A DNA stretch of 62,472 nt from Actinomycetota bacterium (GTDB taxonomy: Bacteria; Actinomycetota; UBA4738; HRBIN12): contig JBFMCN010000092.1 in NCBI GenBank assembly GCA_040754475.1, positions 1 to 62,472 of the forward strand, given 5' to 3'. A program made the position numbers and the translations under genes. The notes below the pieces were generated by a model. That model made no database searches, was not told the DNA's origin, and was given only the letters and a program-made list of their open reading frames with translations. Of the stretch, positions 17,721-27,456 are shown in pieces (positions within the stretch are counted from its first letter, which is position 1; each line of letters starts with the position of its first letter).

Positions 17721-19088
17721 GTGGACGCGCTCGACCTCTCGCGGTGGCAGTTCGCGGTCACGATCGCATTCCACTTCATGTTCGTGCCGCTCAGCATCGG
17801 TCTCGCGCTCATCGTCGCGGTCATGCAGACGATATGGCACCGGACCGGGAACGAGACCTACCTGCGGATGACGCGGTTCTGGGGGAAGCTGTTCCTGATC
17901 AACTTCGCCCTGGGCATCGTCACCGGCCTCGTCCAGGAGTTCCAGTTCGGGATGAACTGGTCGACCTACTCGCGATTCGTCGGGGACGTCTTCGGAGCAC
18001 CGCTGGCAATCGAGGGACTCCTTGCGTTCTTCCTCGAGTCGACGTTCCTCGGCTTGTGGATCTTCGGCTGGAAACGGCTCTCGCCCCGGGTTCATCTGGC
18101 CACGATCTGGATAGTGGCGTTCGGGACCGTCATGTCGGCGCTGTTCATCCTTGCTGCCAACTCCTGGATGCAGCACCCCGTCGGGTACGAGATCAACCCG
18201 GCGACCGGTCGAGCCGAGATGCACGACTTCCTCGCGATGCTCACCAACTCGACGCTGTTCACGCAGTTCCCCCACACGGTGCTGGCCGCGCTGGCGACGG
18301 GCGGCATGTTCGTCGTCGGCGTGAGCAGCTACCACCTGATCCGCAAGCACGAGGTGGACGCGTTCCTCCGCTCGACCGCCATCGGGCTCGTCGTCGCGCT
18401 GGTCGCGACTGTGGGCGTCGCACTCTCCGGCCACCAGCAGGCGCAGATGGTCACCAGGCAGCAGCCCATGAAGATGGCCGCGGCCGAGGCCCTTTGGGAG
18501 ACGGAGTCGGGAGCCGGCCTGTCGCTCGTCGTGGTCACCGACTTCGATGATCGCCGCAACAGCGTCGACGTCCGGCTCCCGAACCTGCTCTCGCTCCTCG
18601 CAACGAACCGCTGGAACGGAACGGTCGAGGGCATCAACGATCTGCAGGCGAAGTACGAGGAGCAATACGGGCCCGGCAGCTACATACCCTTGGTCCCCGT
18701 GATCTACTGGGCGTTCCGCCTCATGGTCGGGGCCGGGCTCCTTATGATCCTGTTCACCGCGATCGGGCTGTGGCTGCACCGGCGGAGGAGGCTCGAAGAC
18801 GCGCGCTGGTTCCACCGTCTGGCGCCCTGGGGCATCGTCCTTCCCCTTGCCGCCAACATCCTCGGGTGGACGGTCACCGAGATGGGCCGCCAGCCGTGGG
18901 TCGTCTACGGGCTTCTGAAGACCCGGGATGCGGTCTCGCCCTCGGTCGGGGCGACGTTCGTGCTGGTCACGCTCATCGGGTTCACGCTGATCTACGGCGT
19001 GCTGGCGGCGGTGGACGTGTACCTGCTGGCGAGGTTCTCGAAGGCGGGGCCGGCGCCTGCCGAGGCGACGGCGAAAGACGCGTACTAG
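17721..19088 (+). CDS. cydA: Cytochrome bd ubiquinol/menaquinol oxidase subunit I
   Basis: N-terminus LSRWQFAVTIAFHFMFVPLSIGL and the overall 455-aa CydA pattern, including the GRQPW motif. Confidence 0.92.
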   Translation: MDALDLSRWQFAVTIAFHFMFVPLSIGLALIVAVMQTIWHRTGNETYLRMTRFWGKLFLINFALGIVTGLVQEFQFGMNWSTYSRFVGDVFGAPLAIEGLLAFFLESTFLGLWIFGWKRLSPRVHLATIWIVAFGTVMSALFILAANSWMQHPVGYEINPATGRAEMHDFLAMLTNSTLFTQFPHTVLAALATGGMFVVGVSSYHLIRKHEVDAFLRSTAIGLVVALVATVGVALSGHQQAQMVTRQQPMKMAAAEALWETESGAGLSLVVVTDFDDRRNSVDVRLPNLLSLLATNRWNGTVEGINDLQAKYEEQYGPGSYIPLVPVIYWAFRLMVGAGLLMILFTAIGLWLHRRRRLEDARWFHRLAPWGIVLPLAANILGWTVTEMGRQPWVVYGLLKTRDAVSPSVGATFVLVTLIGFTLIYGVLAAVDVYLLARFSKAGPAPAEATAKDAY

Positions 19089-19099
19089 GGGTGACAGGC

Positions 19100-20146
19100 A
19101 TGGACTGGCACAGCTACATGAACCTAGAGACCCTGTGGTTCGCCCTGATCGCCTTCATGTGGGTCGGCTACTTCTTCCTGGAGGGGTTCGATTTCGGCGT
19201 CGGGGTGCTCCTGCCGTTCCTCGGCCGTGACGACACTGATCGCAGGGTCATCATCGACACGATCGGCCCCTTCTGGGACGGGAACGAGGTCTGGCTCATA
19301 GTGGCCGGCGGCGCTACGTTCGCGGCGTTCCCCGACTGGTACGCGACGCTGTTCAGCGGGTTCTACCTGGCTCTGTTCCTCATCCTCGCCGCTCTGATCT
19401 TCAGAGGCGTGGCGTTCGAGTTCCGGGGCAAGGACCGCAGCCCCAAGTGGCGTGGCTGGTGGGACCGCGCGATCTTCTGGGGCAGCGGAGTCACGGCGCT
19501 CCTTTGGGGCGTCGCGTTCGCGAACATGGTGCGCGGGGTACCGATCGACGCAAACCACGAGTGGGTTGGCTCGTTCTTCGACCTGCTGAACCCCTACGCC
19601 CTGCTCGGCGGTCTCACGATGCTCTTGCTGTTCACGCTCCACGGCGGTGTGTTCCTGACGCTGCGGACCGACGGCGAGCTTCGCGACCGTGCCCGACGCG
19701 TGGCGCAGCTGCTTGCGCTGCCGGCGGCGGCGGCCGTCGTCGGTTTCCTCACGTGGACCTTCTTCGGCATCCGCGAAGGCGACGGGGTCAAGCCGGGTGT
19801 CACATCCCTCCTGACCCTCGTTGCGGTCTCGGCGGTTGCGTGGCTCGTTCGCAGGAGGGTGGACGGGTGGGCGTTCGTCGCCACCGGTCTGTCGATAGTG
19901 CTGATCATGGGGACGATCTTCCTGGATCTGTACCCGCGCGTGATGCCCTCGAGCCTCAGTGCCGCGAACGACCTCACGATCCGAAACGCGTCTTCCGCCC
20001 ACTACACGCTCAAGGTGATGACGATCGTCGCGCTGATCTTCACGCCTCTCGTCGTTGCCTACCAGGGGTGGACGTACTGGGTGTTCCGAAAGCGCGTCCG
20101 GCGGGAGGACGTCGAGGAGGGACAGCCGACCGAGGCACCGGCGTAG
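19100..20146 (+). CDS. cydB: Cytochrome bd oxidase subunit II
   Basis: In-frame ATG at 19100, 11 nt after the cydA stop. LWFALIAFMWVGYFFLEGFDFGVG is a typical CydB N-terminus. Confidence 0.9.
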   Translation: MDWHSYMNLETLWFALIAFMWVGYFFLEGFDFGVGVLLPFLGRDDTDRRVIIDTIGPFWDGNEVWLIVAGGATFAAFPDWYATLFSGFYLALFLILAALIFRGVAFEFRGKDRSPKWRGWWDRAIFWGSGVTALLWGVAFANMVRGVPIDANHEWVGSFFDLLNPYALLGGLTMLLLFTLHGGVFLTLRTDGELRDRARRVAQLLALPAAAAVVGFLTWTFFGIREGDGVKPGVTSLLTLVAVSAVAWLVRRRVDGWAFVATGLSIVLIMGTIFLDLYPRVMPSSLSAANDLTIRNASSAHYTLKVMTIVALIFTPLVVAYQGWTYWVFRKRVRREDVEEGQPTEAPA

Positions 20147-20220
20147 CGGCGGTTACCCGAGCCTGACCTCTCGGAACCACGTGGCCCGCCGGATCCTGCG
20201 CATCCGTTACCCTTGCGCCC

Positions 20221-20931
20221 GTGAGGGGCATGGACCGGCTGCTCGAGCTGCAGGAGGTCGACACGGCGATCAGCCGGCTCGAAGCCCGTCGCCGGGAGCT
20301 GGAGGGTGGGGAGGAGCTTCGAGCCGCACGGGCGGCGATGGAGGACGCCGAAGGGCGACTCGGCGAGATCCGTCTGGCACTCGACGCCGTCACCCGGGAG
20401 CAACAACGCCTTGAGCACGAGATCGACACGATGTCCCTCAAAGCAGAGGCGGAGGAGAAGCGCCTCTACGACGGGAGCATCGCGAACGCGAAGGAGCTCG
20501 AGGCGCTCCAGCGCGAGATCGCAAACGTGAAGGAGCGGCGGGCACGCACAGAGGACGACCTGCTCGAGCAGATGGTGCGTCGCGAGGACCTCGAGGACCG
20601 CGCCACCATGGCCGAGCGAGAGGTTGCCGATGCGCGGGCAAGAGCCGAGGAGATCGGAGGCGACGCGGTCCGCGAGCTGAACGAGATCGAGGCGACGCTG
20701 GCCGATAGGCACGCGGCGCGGGGTGCTCTCGTTCCGGAGCTCGACGAGGAGCTCCTGCGGCTGTACGAGGATCTCCGCCCACAGAAGAGGGGGATCGCCG
20801 TTGCTGCGCTCGTCGACGGCGTATGTCAGGCCTGCCACGAGAAGCTCTCCGCGCTGGAGCTCGACCGGCTGAAGAAGACCGACGGCGTGAAGAGGTGCGA
20901 GTACTGCCGACGGATCGTGGTCTTCGGTTGA
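20221..20931 (+). CDS. Zinc-ribbon coiled-coil protein (DUF164/COG1579 family)
   Basis: Long coiled coil followed by C4 zinc ribbon CQACHEKL...CEYCRRIV. The start may be ATG 20230. Confidence 0.8.
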   Translation: MRGMDRLLELQEVDTAISRLEARRRELEGGEELRAARAAMEDAEGRLGEIRLALDAVTREQQRLEHEIDTMSLKAEAEEKRLYDGSIANAKELEALQREIANVKERRARTEDDLLEQMVRREDLEDRATMAEREVADARARAEEIGGDAVRELNEIEATLADRHAARGALVPELDEELLRLYEDLRPQKRGIAVAALVDGVCQACHEKLSALELDRLKKTDGVKRCEYCRRIVVFG

Positions 20932-21392
20932 TCGTCGCCTGCGACGGGGCGGCTCGGGGCAACCCGGGTCCGGCCGGCATCGGGGTTCACATCACCGACG
21001 CCCGCGGGCGCGAGCGCGCACGGATAGCGCGAGGGATCGGCGTCGCGACGAACAACGTCGCCGAGTACACGGCCGCCATCGAGGGCTTGAGCCGGGCCAA
21101 GGAGCTGGGTGCCACCACGGTGCTGCTCCGGACGGACAGCCGGCTCCTCGTCGAGCAGCTCTCGGGGCGCTTCAAAGTGAAGAATCCGACCCTTCAGCGC
21201 CTGCACACCGAAGTCCGCCGCCTGGCCGCCGGCTTCCGGCGCGTGGCGTACGAGCACGTCCCCCGCGAGCTGAACAGGGAGGCCGACCGGCTCGCAAACG
21301 CAGGCGTCGTCGAGTGGCTCGCCGGAGAAGGCGCCGGCTGGCAGCCTCCGGAACCGTCCCCCCGTCTGTGGGAGGGGTCGGCGCCCGAGTGA
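20928..21392 (+). CDS. rnhA: Ribonuclease H (RNase HI family), single domain
   Basis: TTG at 20928 overlaps the upstream stop (TTGA). Motifs CDGAARGNPGPAG, NNVAEYTA, RTDSRLLV and EADRLAN supply the DEDD catalytic residues. Confidence 0.8.
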   Translation: MIVACDGAARGNPGPAGIGVHITDARGRERARIARGIGVATNNVAEYTAAIEGLSRAKELGATTVLLRTDSRLLVEQLSGRFKVKNPTLQRLHTEVRRLAAGFRRVAYEHVPRELNREADRLANAGVVEWLAGEGAGWQPPEPSPRLWEGSAPE

Positions 21393-21425
21393 CCGGCCGC
21401 TTCACACCGTGAGTACACTGGAACT

Positions 21426-21791
21426 CGGAGGAGCCGACCGGGCGGCCGCGGGCGCAAGCTCGAGGAAAGTCCGGACTCCGTAGGGCAGGGTGCTGGGTAA
21501 CGCCCAGGCGGGGGCGACCTCGCGGATAGCGCAACAGAAAGCAGACCGCCGCGAAAGCGGTAAGGGTGAAACGGTGAGGCAAGAGCTCACCAGCGGGCCG
21601 GGTGACCGGTCCGGCTAGGCAAGCCCCACCCGGAGCAAGGTCAAGCAGGGAGCGTTCGAGGGCGGCCCGTCCGAGCTCCCGGGTAGACCGCACGAGGGTT
21701 TCGGCCCCGGGGCCCGCGAGGGCCCAGAGAGATGGTCGCCGCCGGCCCGCGAGGGTCGGCACAGAATCCGGCTTACAGGCCGGCTCCTCCG
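21426..21791 (+). ncRNA. rnpB: RNase P RNA, bacterial type A
   Basis: P1 pairing CGGAGGAGCCG (21426..21436) with CGGCTCCTCCG (21781..21791). Universally conserved blocks GAGGAAAGTCCGG, ACAGAAA, GGTAAGGGTGAAA and ACAGAATCCGGCTTA. Confidence 0.92.
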
Positions 21792-21802
21792 CTCTCCTCG
21801 AC

Positions 21803-22783
21803 TCAGGGCTGAGACAGCTCCGCGGGCGATCGAGCAGCGGCGGCGAGGGCCCGGCGGAGCTGCTTGCCTGCGTGATACGAGCTGCGCACGAGCGGCCCGG
21901 CCTCGACGTGGGCGATGCCGAAGGACTCACCGACCCGCTTGTGCTGGGCGAACTCGTCCGGCGTGACCCAGCGGTCGACCGGCAGGTGGAGCTGCGTCGG
22001 CTGCAGGTACTGGCCGATGGTTACGATGTCGCACCCGGCATCCGCGAGGTCGTGGAGCGCCTCCGTTGCCTCCTCCTGCTGTTCACCCATGCCGAGGATG
22101 ACGTTGGACTTCGTCACCTGACCGGCACGCAGGCGCTTCGCCGTCCGCAGGACCTCGAGCGATCGGTCGTAGCCGAACGCGGGTCGGATCCGCGCATGCA
22201 GACGACGGACGGTCTCGAGGTTGTGCGCGAAGACGTCGGGCTCGGCCTCGATGACCGTCGCGATGTCCTGCTCACCGCCCTTGAAGTCGGCGGGCAGCAC
22301 CTCGACGCCGCAACCGGGAACCGCGCGCCGTATGGCTCGGATCGCCGCCGCCCAGATCCTCGCGCCGCCGTCCTCGAGGTCGTCGCGGGCGACCCCGGTC
22401 AGGACGACGTACCGCAGGCCCATCGCCCGGACTGCCTCCGCGATCCGCTCCGGCTCGTTCTCGTCTACCGGGTCGGGTCTCGCGGTCGTCACGTCGCAGA
22501 ATCCGCAGCGACGGGTGCACTTGTCTCCGAGGATGAGGAACGTCGCCTCCTTGTCCTGCCAGCACTCGCCGATGTTCGGGCACATCGCCTCCTCGCAGAC
22601 GGTGTGCAGGGACAGGTCGCGCATGAGTTCTTTGAGCTCGGAGTACGCGGGGCCGGAGGGGAGCTTGACCTTCAGCCACGGGGGTTTGCGCGCGCCGGGA
22701 GCGTTGACGCCCAGGTCGCTCGTTCCGGGCGCGCTCGGCAGATACAGGCGGCGCTTGTGGGGATTGTGGTTGCGAACCTGCAT
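21803..22783 (-). CDS. lipA: Lipoyl synthase
   Basis: From MQVRNHNPHKR (ATG 22783). Cluster motifs CPNIGECW and CTRRCGFC (radical SAM CxxxCxxC). Confidence 0.92.
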   Translation of the reverse strand: MQVRNHNPHKRRLYLPSAPGTSDLGVNAPGARKPPWLKVKLPSGPAYSELKELMRDLSLHTVCEEAMCPNIGECWQDKEATFLILGDKCTRRCGFCDVTTARPDPVDENEPERIAEAVRAMGLRYVVLTGVARDDLEDGGARIWAAAIRAIRRAVPGCGVEVLPADFKGGEQDIATVIEAEPDVFAHNLETVRRLHARIRPAFGYDRSLEVLRTAKRLRAGQVTKSNVILGMGEQQEEATEALHDLADAGCDIVTIGQYLQPTQLHLPVDRWVTPDEFAQHKRVGESFGIAHVEAGPLVRSSYHAGKQLRRALAAAARSPAELSQP

Positions 22784-22819
22784 CTGAGCCAGTCTATCCA
22801 CGCTCCCGGTGTTCGTTCG

Positions 22820-22843
22820 GCCCGGCGGACTCCCAGGCCGGGC
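22820..22843 (-). terminator. GC-rich hairpin (GCCCGGC-N10-GCCGGGC) between the E1-beta stop and lipA
   Basis: 7-bp perfect stem read from the sequence. No U-tract, which is common in high-GC genomes. Function not established. Confidence 0.3.
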
Positions 22844-22850
22844 TCGAGGG

Positions 22851-23837
22851 TCAGTACCTCGCAAGCTCCAGCATGCGATCGAAGATCAGGTCGGTGTCGG
22901 GCATGAAGGCGTGTTCGAGCGAGGCGGCGAAACCCATGGCCGGCACGTCGGGACCGCCGATCCGCACGATGGGGCCGTCCAGGTCGAACATGGCCTCCTC
23001 CGCGATCGTGGCCGAGATCTCGGCACCGGCGCCGTAGGTGCGATTGTCCTCGTACACGACCAGCGCCTTGCCGGTCTTGCGGACCGACGCCAGGATCGTC
23101 TCCTTGTCGAGCGGCTGGATCGTTCGGACGTCTACGACCTCTGCCGAGAGCCCCTGCTCGTCCCGTAGCCGCTCAGCCGCCTCCAGGCACTGGCGCAGCA
23201 TCAAGCCGTACGCAACGACCGTGAGGTCGTCTCCCTCGCGCTTGACGTCGGCTGCACCGATCGGAACCGTGAACGGCTCGTCGGGGACGTCGCCCTTGAC
23301 AAGCCGGTACGTCTTCTTGTGCTCCAGGAACAGCACCGGGTCGGGGTCGTGGATCGCCGAGCGGAGCATGCCGGCGGCATCGTAGGGCGTGGATGGGACG
23401 ACCACCTTCAACCCCGGCACGTGACCGAAGAAGGCCTCGACCGACTGTGAGTGGTAGAGGGCGCCGTGGACCCCGCCTCCCCAGGGGCACCGGACGACCA
23501 TGGGGAGCCCGAAGTCGCCGTTCGACCGGTAGCGCATCCGCGCCACCTCCGAGACGAGCTGGTCGAAGGCCGGGTGGATGAAGTCGGCGAACTCGATCTC
23601 GGCGACGGGGATGAGGCCGTGGAGCGCCATGCCGATCGCAACGCCGATGATGCTGGATTCGGCGAGCGGGGTGTCGATCACGCGCTCCTCGCCGAACTCC
23701 TCCATGAATCCCTGCGTGACTCGGAACACGCCGCCGCGCGCGCCGACGTCCTCGCCGAGCACGACGATGCGCTCGTCGGCCGCCATCTCGTCGTGGAGCG
23801 CGTCGTGGATCGCCGCGACGACGGTCTTCTCGCTCAT
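22851..23837 (-). CDS. 2-oxoacid dehydrogenase E1 component, beta subunit (set 1)
   Basis: From MSEKTVVAAIHDAL (ATG 23837; ATGA overlap with the alpha stop). Transketolase-like pyrimidine-binding and C-terminal domains. Confidence 0.9.
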   Translation of the reverse strand: MSEKTVVAAIHDALHDEMAADERIVVLGEDVGARGGVFRVTQGFMEEFGEERVIDTPLAESSIIGVAIGMALHGLIPVAEIEFADFIHPAFDQLVSEVARMRYRSNGDFGLPMVVRCPWGGGVHGALYHSQSVEAFFGHVPGLKVVVPSTPYDAAGMLRSAIHDPDPVLFLEHKKTYRLVKGDVPDEPFTVPIGAADVKREGDDLTVVAYGLMLRQCLEAAERLRDEQGLSAEVVDVRTIQPLDKETILASVRKTGKALVVYEDNRTYGAGAEISATIAEEAMFDLDGPIVRIGGPDVPAMGFAASLEHAFMPDTDLIFDRMLELARY

Positions 23838-24844
23838 CAGGGCTCCGCGAAGAGGTGTCGGGTGAGCGTCGCGGGATCGGGGTCGGGCGAGTTCCACGCC
23901 TCTTCGATCTGGCGGTCGAGGTCGTCCTTGACCTCGGCCGCGAGCGCCTTCACGCCGGGGTCGTCGATCAGGCCGTGCTCCTTCAGATACGCACCGAAGC
24001 GCATCAGCGGGTCGCCGAGCTTGGCCCTCTCGACCTCCTCACGCGTCCGGTAGGTTCGATCGTCGTCGTCGGACGTGTGCGGCTGGAAGCGGTAGGTCTT
24101 CGCCTCGATGAGGGTGGGCCCCTCGCCTGCCCTTGCGCGCCCGACGGCCTCCTTCATGACGCCGTAGCAAGCGAGGACGTCGTTGCCGTCGACGACCACG
24201 CCCGGGAACCCGTACGCGCCGCCCCGGTCGGCGACGTTCTGGACGGCCATCTGCTTCCTCTGCGGCACGGAGATGGCGTACTGGTTGTTCTCGCACACGA
24301 AGACCACCGGCAGCCGGTGGACTCCGGCGAAGTTCAGGGCCTCGTGCCAGTCGCCCTCGCTGGTCGCCCCCTCGCCGAACCAGCAGGCGACGACCGCGTC
24401 CTCCCGCCGGAGCTTCGCGGCATAGGCGATCCCCGCGGCGTGCGGGAGTTGCGTTCCGATCGGCGAGGAGTGGCAGATGATCGACAGGCGCCTCGAGCTC
24501 CAGTGCGACGGCATCTGGCGGCCGCCCGAGCACGGGTCGTCCGCCTTGGCGAAGAGCCCCAGGAAGATGTCCTTGGGAGTCATCCCTGCCACCAACACGA
24601 CGGCCACGTCCCGGTAGTAGGGGAGCCAGACGTCCTTGCCGCGCTGCATGGCCCAGGCCGTACCTACCTGGCATCCCTCGTGCCCCGACACAGGGACGAC
24701 GAATGGGGCCTTGCCCTGCCGGTTCAGCCGAAAGGCGGCCTCGTCGCATTGGCGCGCGGTGACCATCATCCGGTACATGGAGAGGAGGCCCTCGCCGGAA
24801 AGGCCCAGCGCCTCGTGTGAGGTCTCGCTCAGCCGAGTCGCCAC
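23837..24844 (-). CDS. 2-oxoacid dehydrogenase E1 component, alpha subunit (TPP-dependent, set 1)
   Basis: 335 aa. TPP-binding motif GEGATSEGDWHEALNFA...VCENNQYAIS. Confidence 0.9.
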   Translation of the reverse strand: MATRLSETSHEALGLSGEGLLSMYRMMVTARQCDEAAFRLNRQGKAPFVVPVSGHEGCQVGTAWAMQRGKDVWLPYYRDVAVVLVAGMTPKDIFLGLFAKADDPCSGGRQMPSHWSSRRLSIICHSSPIGTQLPHAAGIAYAAKLRREDAVVACWFGEGATSEGDWHEALNFAGVHRLPVVFVCENNQYAISVPQRKQMAVQNVADRGGAYGFPGVVVDGNDVLACYGVMKEAVGRARAGEGPTLIEAKTYRFQPHTSDDDDRTYRTREEVERAKLGDPLMRFGAYLKEHGLIDDPGVKALAAEVKDDLDRQIEEAWNSPDPDPATLTRHLFAEP

Positions 24845-24917
24845 GTCGCCATCCTCAGTGGCGAGTCTAGCAGTGGCCTGGTTGGGAAGCGGCGGGACCG
24901 GGAAGCGTTGTCATAGC

Positions 24918-24934
24918 ATACCCCCCTAGGGTAT
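24918..24934. promoter_or_regulatory. CsoR operator ATACCCCCCTAGGGTAT
   Basis: Near-perfect GC-tract pseudo-palindrome (ATACCC-N5-GGGTAT), 10 nt upstream of the csoR start. Matches the known CsoR box architecture. Confidence 0.6.
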
Positions 24935-24943
24935 CGTGGCCCT

Positions 24944-25243
24944 GTGAAGAGCGACCGGGGGAACGGCATGCACGGGTACGCGAGCGGCAAGAAGGAGCTC
25001 CAAGACCGGCTTCGGCGGATCGAGGGCCAGGTCCGAGGCCTACAGCGGATGGTCGAGGAGGACAAGTACTGCATCGACATCCTGACGCAGGTGAACTCCG
25101 TCACCGCGGCACTCAGGGCCGTCGGCATGGGCCTGCTCGACGGGCACGTTCGTCACTGCGTCAGGGAGAGCATCGAGCATGGGACCGGGGAGGAGAAGGT
25201 GGAGGAGCTCCTTGCCGCGGTCGGGAGGTTCGCGGGGAGGTAG
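24944..25243 (+). CDS. csoR: Copper-sensing transcriptional repressor CsoR
   Basis: DUF156 family helix bundle with the C-H-C ligand pattern (YCIDIL ... GHVRHC). The start could be GTG 24944 or ATG 24968. Confidence 0.85.
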   Translation: MKSDRGNGMHGYASGKKELQDRLRRIEGQVRGLQRMVEEDKYCIDILTQVNSVTAALRAVGMGLLDGHVRHCVRESIEHGTGEEKVEELLAAVGRFAGR

Positions 25244-25245
25244 CC

Positions 25246-27402
25246 GTGTCGAGGACGATGGAGGAGACCTCCAAGGTGGCGAGGGAGCTTCGGCTCGACG
25301 TGGTCGGCATGACCTGCGGGTCGTGCGCCGCGAGGGTCGAGAAGACCCTCAACAAGCAGGCGGGGGTCGAGGCCACGGTCAACTTCGCCACCGGGGAGGC
25401 GGTCGTACGCCTCGCGGATCAGGCGCCCCCCTTCGAGACGCTCCGTGAGGCCGTCCAGGCGCGAGGCTACGACATCCGGCTCCATCGGGACGAGACCGAG
25501 GAGGCGGCCAGGCGCGAGGAGCGCTCGTGGCTGGTCCGTCTGCTCGTCGCGTGGCCGCTCGGCGTTGTGACGATGGTGCTCTCGCTCGCGTTCATGGACC
25601 GCGGCTGGGCGCGGTGGACCACCTTCGCGCTCGCGACACCGGTCCAGTTCTACGCGGGCTGGCCCTTCCTGAGAGGTGCCGCGATCCGTGCGAAGGCGCT
25701 CACCGCCAACATGGACACGCTCATCGCGGTCGGCACGCTTGCCGCCTACGCCTACTCGGTCTGGGCGCTCTTCGGCGGCGAGGACCTGTACTTCGACACG
25801 GCTGCGGTCATCATCGCGTTCCTGCTGCTCGGCAAGTACCTCGAGGCCCGGGCCAGGGGTCGCGCCTCCCAGGCGATCAAGCGTCTGCTCGAGCTCGGTG
25901 CCAAGGAGGCGCGCGTCGTGCGCGGTGACGAGGAGCTGAACGTCCCGATCGATGCCGTGAAGCCGGGCTGGGTGCTCAAGGTCCTTCCCGGGGAGAAGAT
26001 TCCGACGGACGGCAGGATCGTCGAAGGCTCGGCTGCGGTCGACGAGTCGATGCTGACCGGCGAGTCGGTTCCGGTCGAGAAGGGGCCGGGCGACGCGGTG
26101 GCCGGTGCCACCTTGAACACCGACGGCGTGCTGCTCGTCGAGGCCACCCGGGTGGGGGCCGACACGGCATTGGCGCAGATCGTGCGGCTGGTCGCCGAGG
26201 CCCAGGGGTCGAAGGCCCCGATCCAGCGCCTTGCCGACAAGGTGGCGGGCGTCTTCGTGCCCGTCGTGATGGTTGTCGCGGCCGTCACCGCGATCGGCTG
26301 GTACCTCGTCGACGGGACCGTGCGTGGCGCCCTCGTGCCGGCGGTCGCCGTTCTGATCATCGCGTGCCCGTGTGCGCTCGGACTGGCGACGCCGGCCGCC
26401 ATCATGGTCGGCACCGGTCGTGGCGCGCAGCTCGGGATCCTCATCCGCGGCGGCGAGACCCTCGAGCGGTCGCGGAAGGTCGACGTTGTTGTCTTTGACA
26501 AGACCGGCACCCTCACCGAGGGCAGGATGCAGCTCGTCGAAACCGCCGGCTGTGTGGAGACGTTGGAGCGGGCGGCGGCCGTCGAGGCAGGAAGCGAGCA
26601 CCCGATCGCGCGGGCGGTCGTCGAAGGCGCCGAGACGCGGGGAGTGCGCATTCGGCCGGCCACCGGCTTCCGCGCGGTCCCGGGGCGCGGCGCCCGCGCG
26701 AACGTGAACGGGACCGAGGTCCTCGTCGGGCGGCGCGCGTTCCTCGAGGCGGAAGGATTCGACGTCCCGCCGTCGATCGATCGATACGCGGCGGACTTCG
26801 AGGCCCGAGGATTCACCGTCTTCTGGGCAGGGTGGGACGGCGAGGGCGCCGGGGTCGTCGCCGTGGCCGACACGTTGAAGCCGGGAGCTCGCGAAGCGGT
26901 CGACGCTCTCCACCGGTTGGGGGTGGAAGTCGCGATGATCACCGGCGACAAGCGCGCGACCGGAGAGGCGATCGCCCGGCAGGTCGGGATCGATCGAGTG
27001 CTCGCCGAGGTTCAACCGGAGGACAAGGTCGAGGAGATACGTCGGCTGCAGTCCGAAGGGAAGGTCGTCGCGATGGTGGGGGACGGGATCAACGACGGAC
27101 CGGCGCTCGCCCAGGCCGATCTGGGGATCGCGCTGGGAACCGGAACCGACGTCGCGATCGAGGCCTCGGACATCACGCTGATCAGGAGTGACCTCGAAGG
27201 CGTCGTCGCGGCCGTCCGACTCTCACGCAGGACCTTCCGGACGATCGCCGAGAACCTGTTCTGGGCGTTCGGCTACAACGTCGCCGCGATCCCGCTTGCG
27301 GCGTTCGGATTGCTGAACCCGATCATCGCCGGCGCCGCGATGGCGGCCTCGTCCGTGTCGGTCCTCGCGAACTCGCTGCGACTGAGGCGGTTCAAGGGAT
27401 AA
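25246..27402 (+). CDS. copA: Copper-exporting P1B-type ATPase
   Basis: 718 aa. [18 protein letters not shown] ([12 protein letters not shown]), [13 protein letters not shown]. The start lies 2 nt after the csoR stop. Confidence 0.92.
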   Translation: MSRTMEETSKVARELRLDVVGMTCGSCAARVEKTLNKQAGVEATVNFATGEAVVRLADQAPPFETLREAVQARGYDIRLHRDETEEAARREERSWLVRLLVAWPLGVVTMVLSLAFMDRGWARWTTFALATPVQFYAGWPFLRGAAIRAKALTANMDTLIAVGTLAAYAYSVWALFGGEDLYFDTAAVIIAFLLLGKYLEARARGRASQAIKRLLELGAKEARVVRGDEELNVPIDAVKPGWVLKVLPGEKIPTDGRIVEGSAAVDESMLTGESVPVEKGPGDAVAGATLNTDGVLLVEATRVGADTALAQIVRLVAEAQGSKAPIQRLADKVAGVFVPVVMVVAAVTAIGWYLVDGTVRGALVPAVAVLIIACPCALGLATPAAIMVGTGRGAQLGILIRGGETLERSRKVDVVVFDKTGTLTEGRMQLVETAGCVETLERAAAVEAGSEHPIARAVVEGAETRGVRIRPATGFRAVPGRGARANVNGTEVLVGRRAFLEAEGFDVPPSIDRYAADFEARGFTVFWAGWDGEGAGVVAVADTLKPGAREAVDALHRLGVEVAMITGDKRATGEAIARQVGIDRVLAEVQPEDKVEEIRRLQSEGKVVAMVGDGINDGPALAQADLGIALGTGTDVAIEASDITLIRSDLEGVVAAVRLSRRTFRTIAENLFWAFGYNVAAIPLAAFGLLNPIIAGAAMAASSVSVLANSLRLRRFKG

Positions 27403-27456
27403 GTCACGTAGGCGTCGCGCCGGAACATCACAGGTACGCTGAGGGGAGATAAGGGA

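Noticed and set aside
17100-18815. 571-aa minus-strand ORF opposite the EEP gene end, the small membrane gene and cydA
   Set aside because: It overlaps three better-supported genes. Its sequence is highly charged (R/D/E/P) and lacks motifs.
21172-22906. ORFs 21172..21930 (minus) and 21602..22906 (plus) spanning the RNase P RNA and lipA
   Set aside because: The region 21426..21791 is fully explained by rnpB, with all conserved RNA motifs present. The plus ORF is antisense to lipA.
25153-27015. 620-aa minus-strand ORF covering most of copA
   Set aside because: It is antisense to a motif-complete P-type ATPase. The translation is Arg/Pro/Gly/Asp-rich low-complexity sequence with no recognisable domain, a typical shadow ORF of GC-rich DNA.
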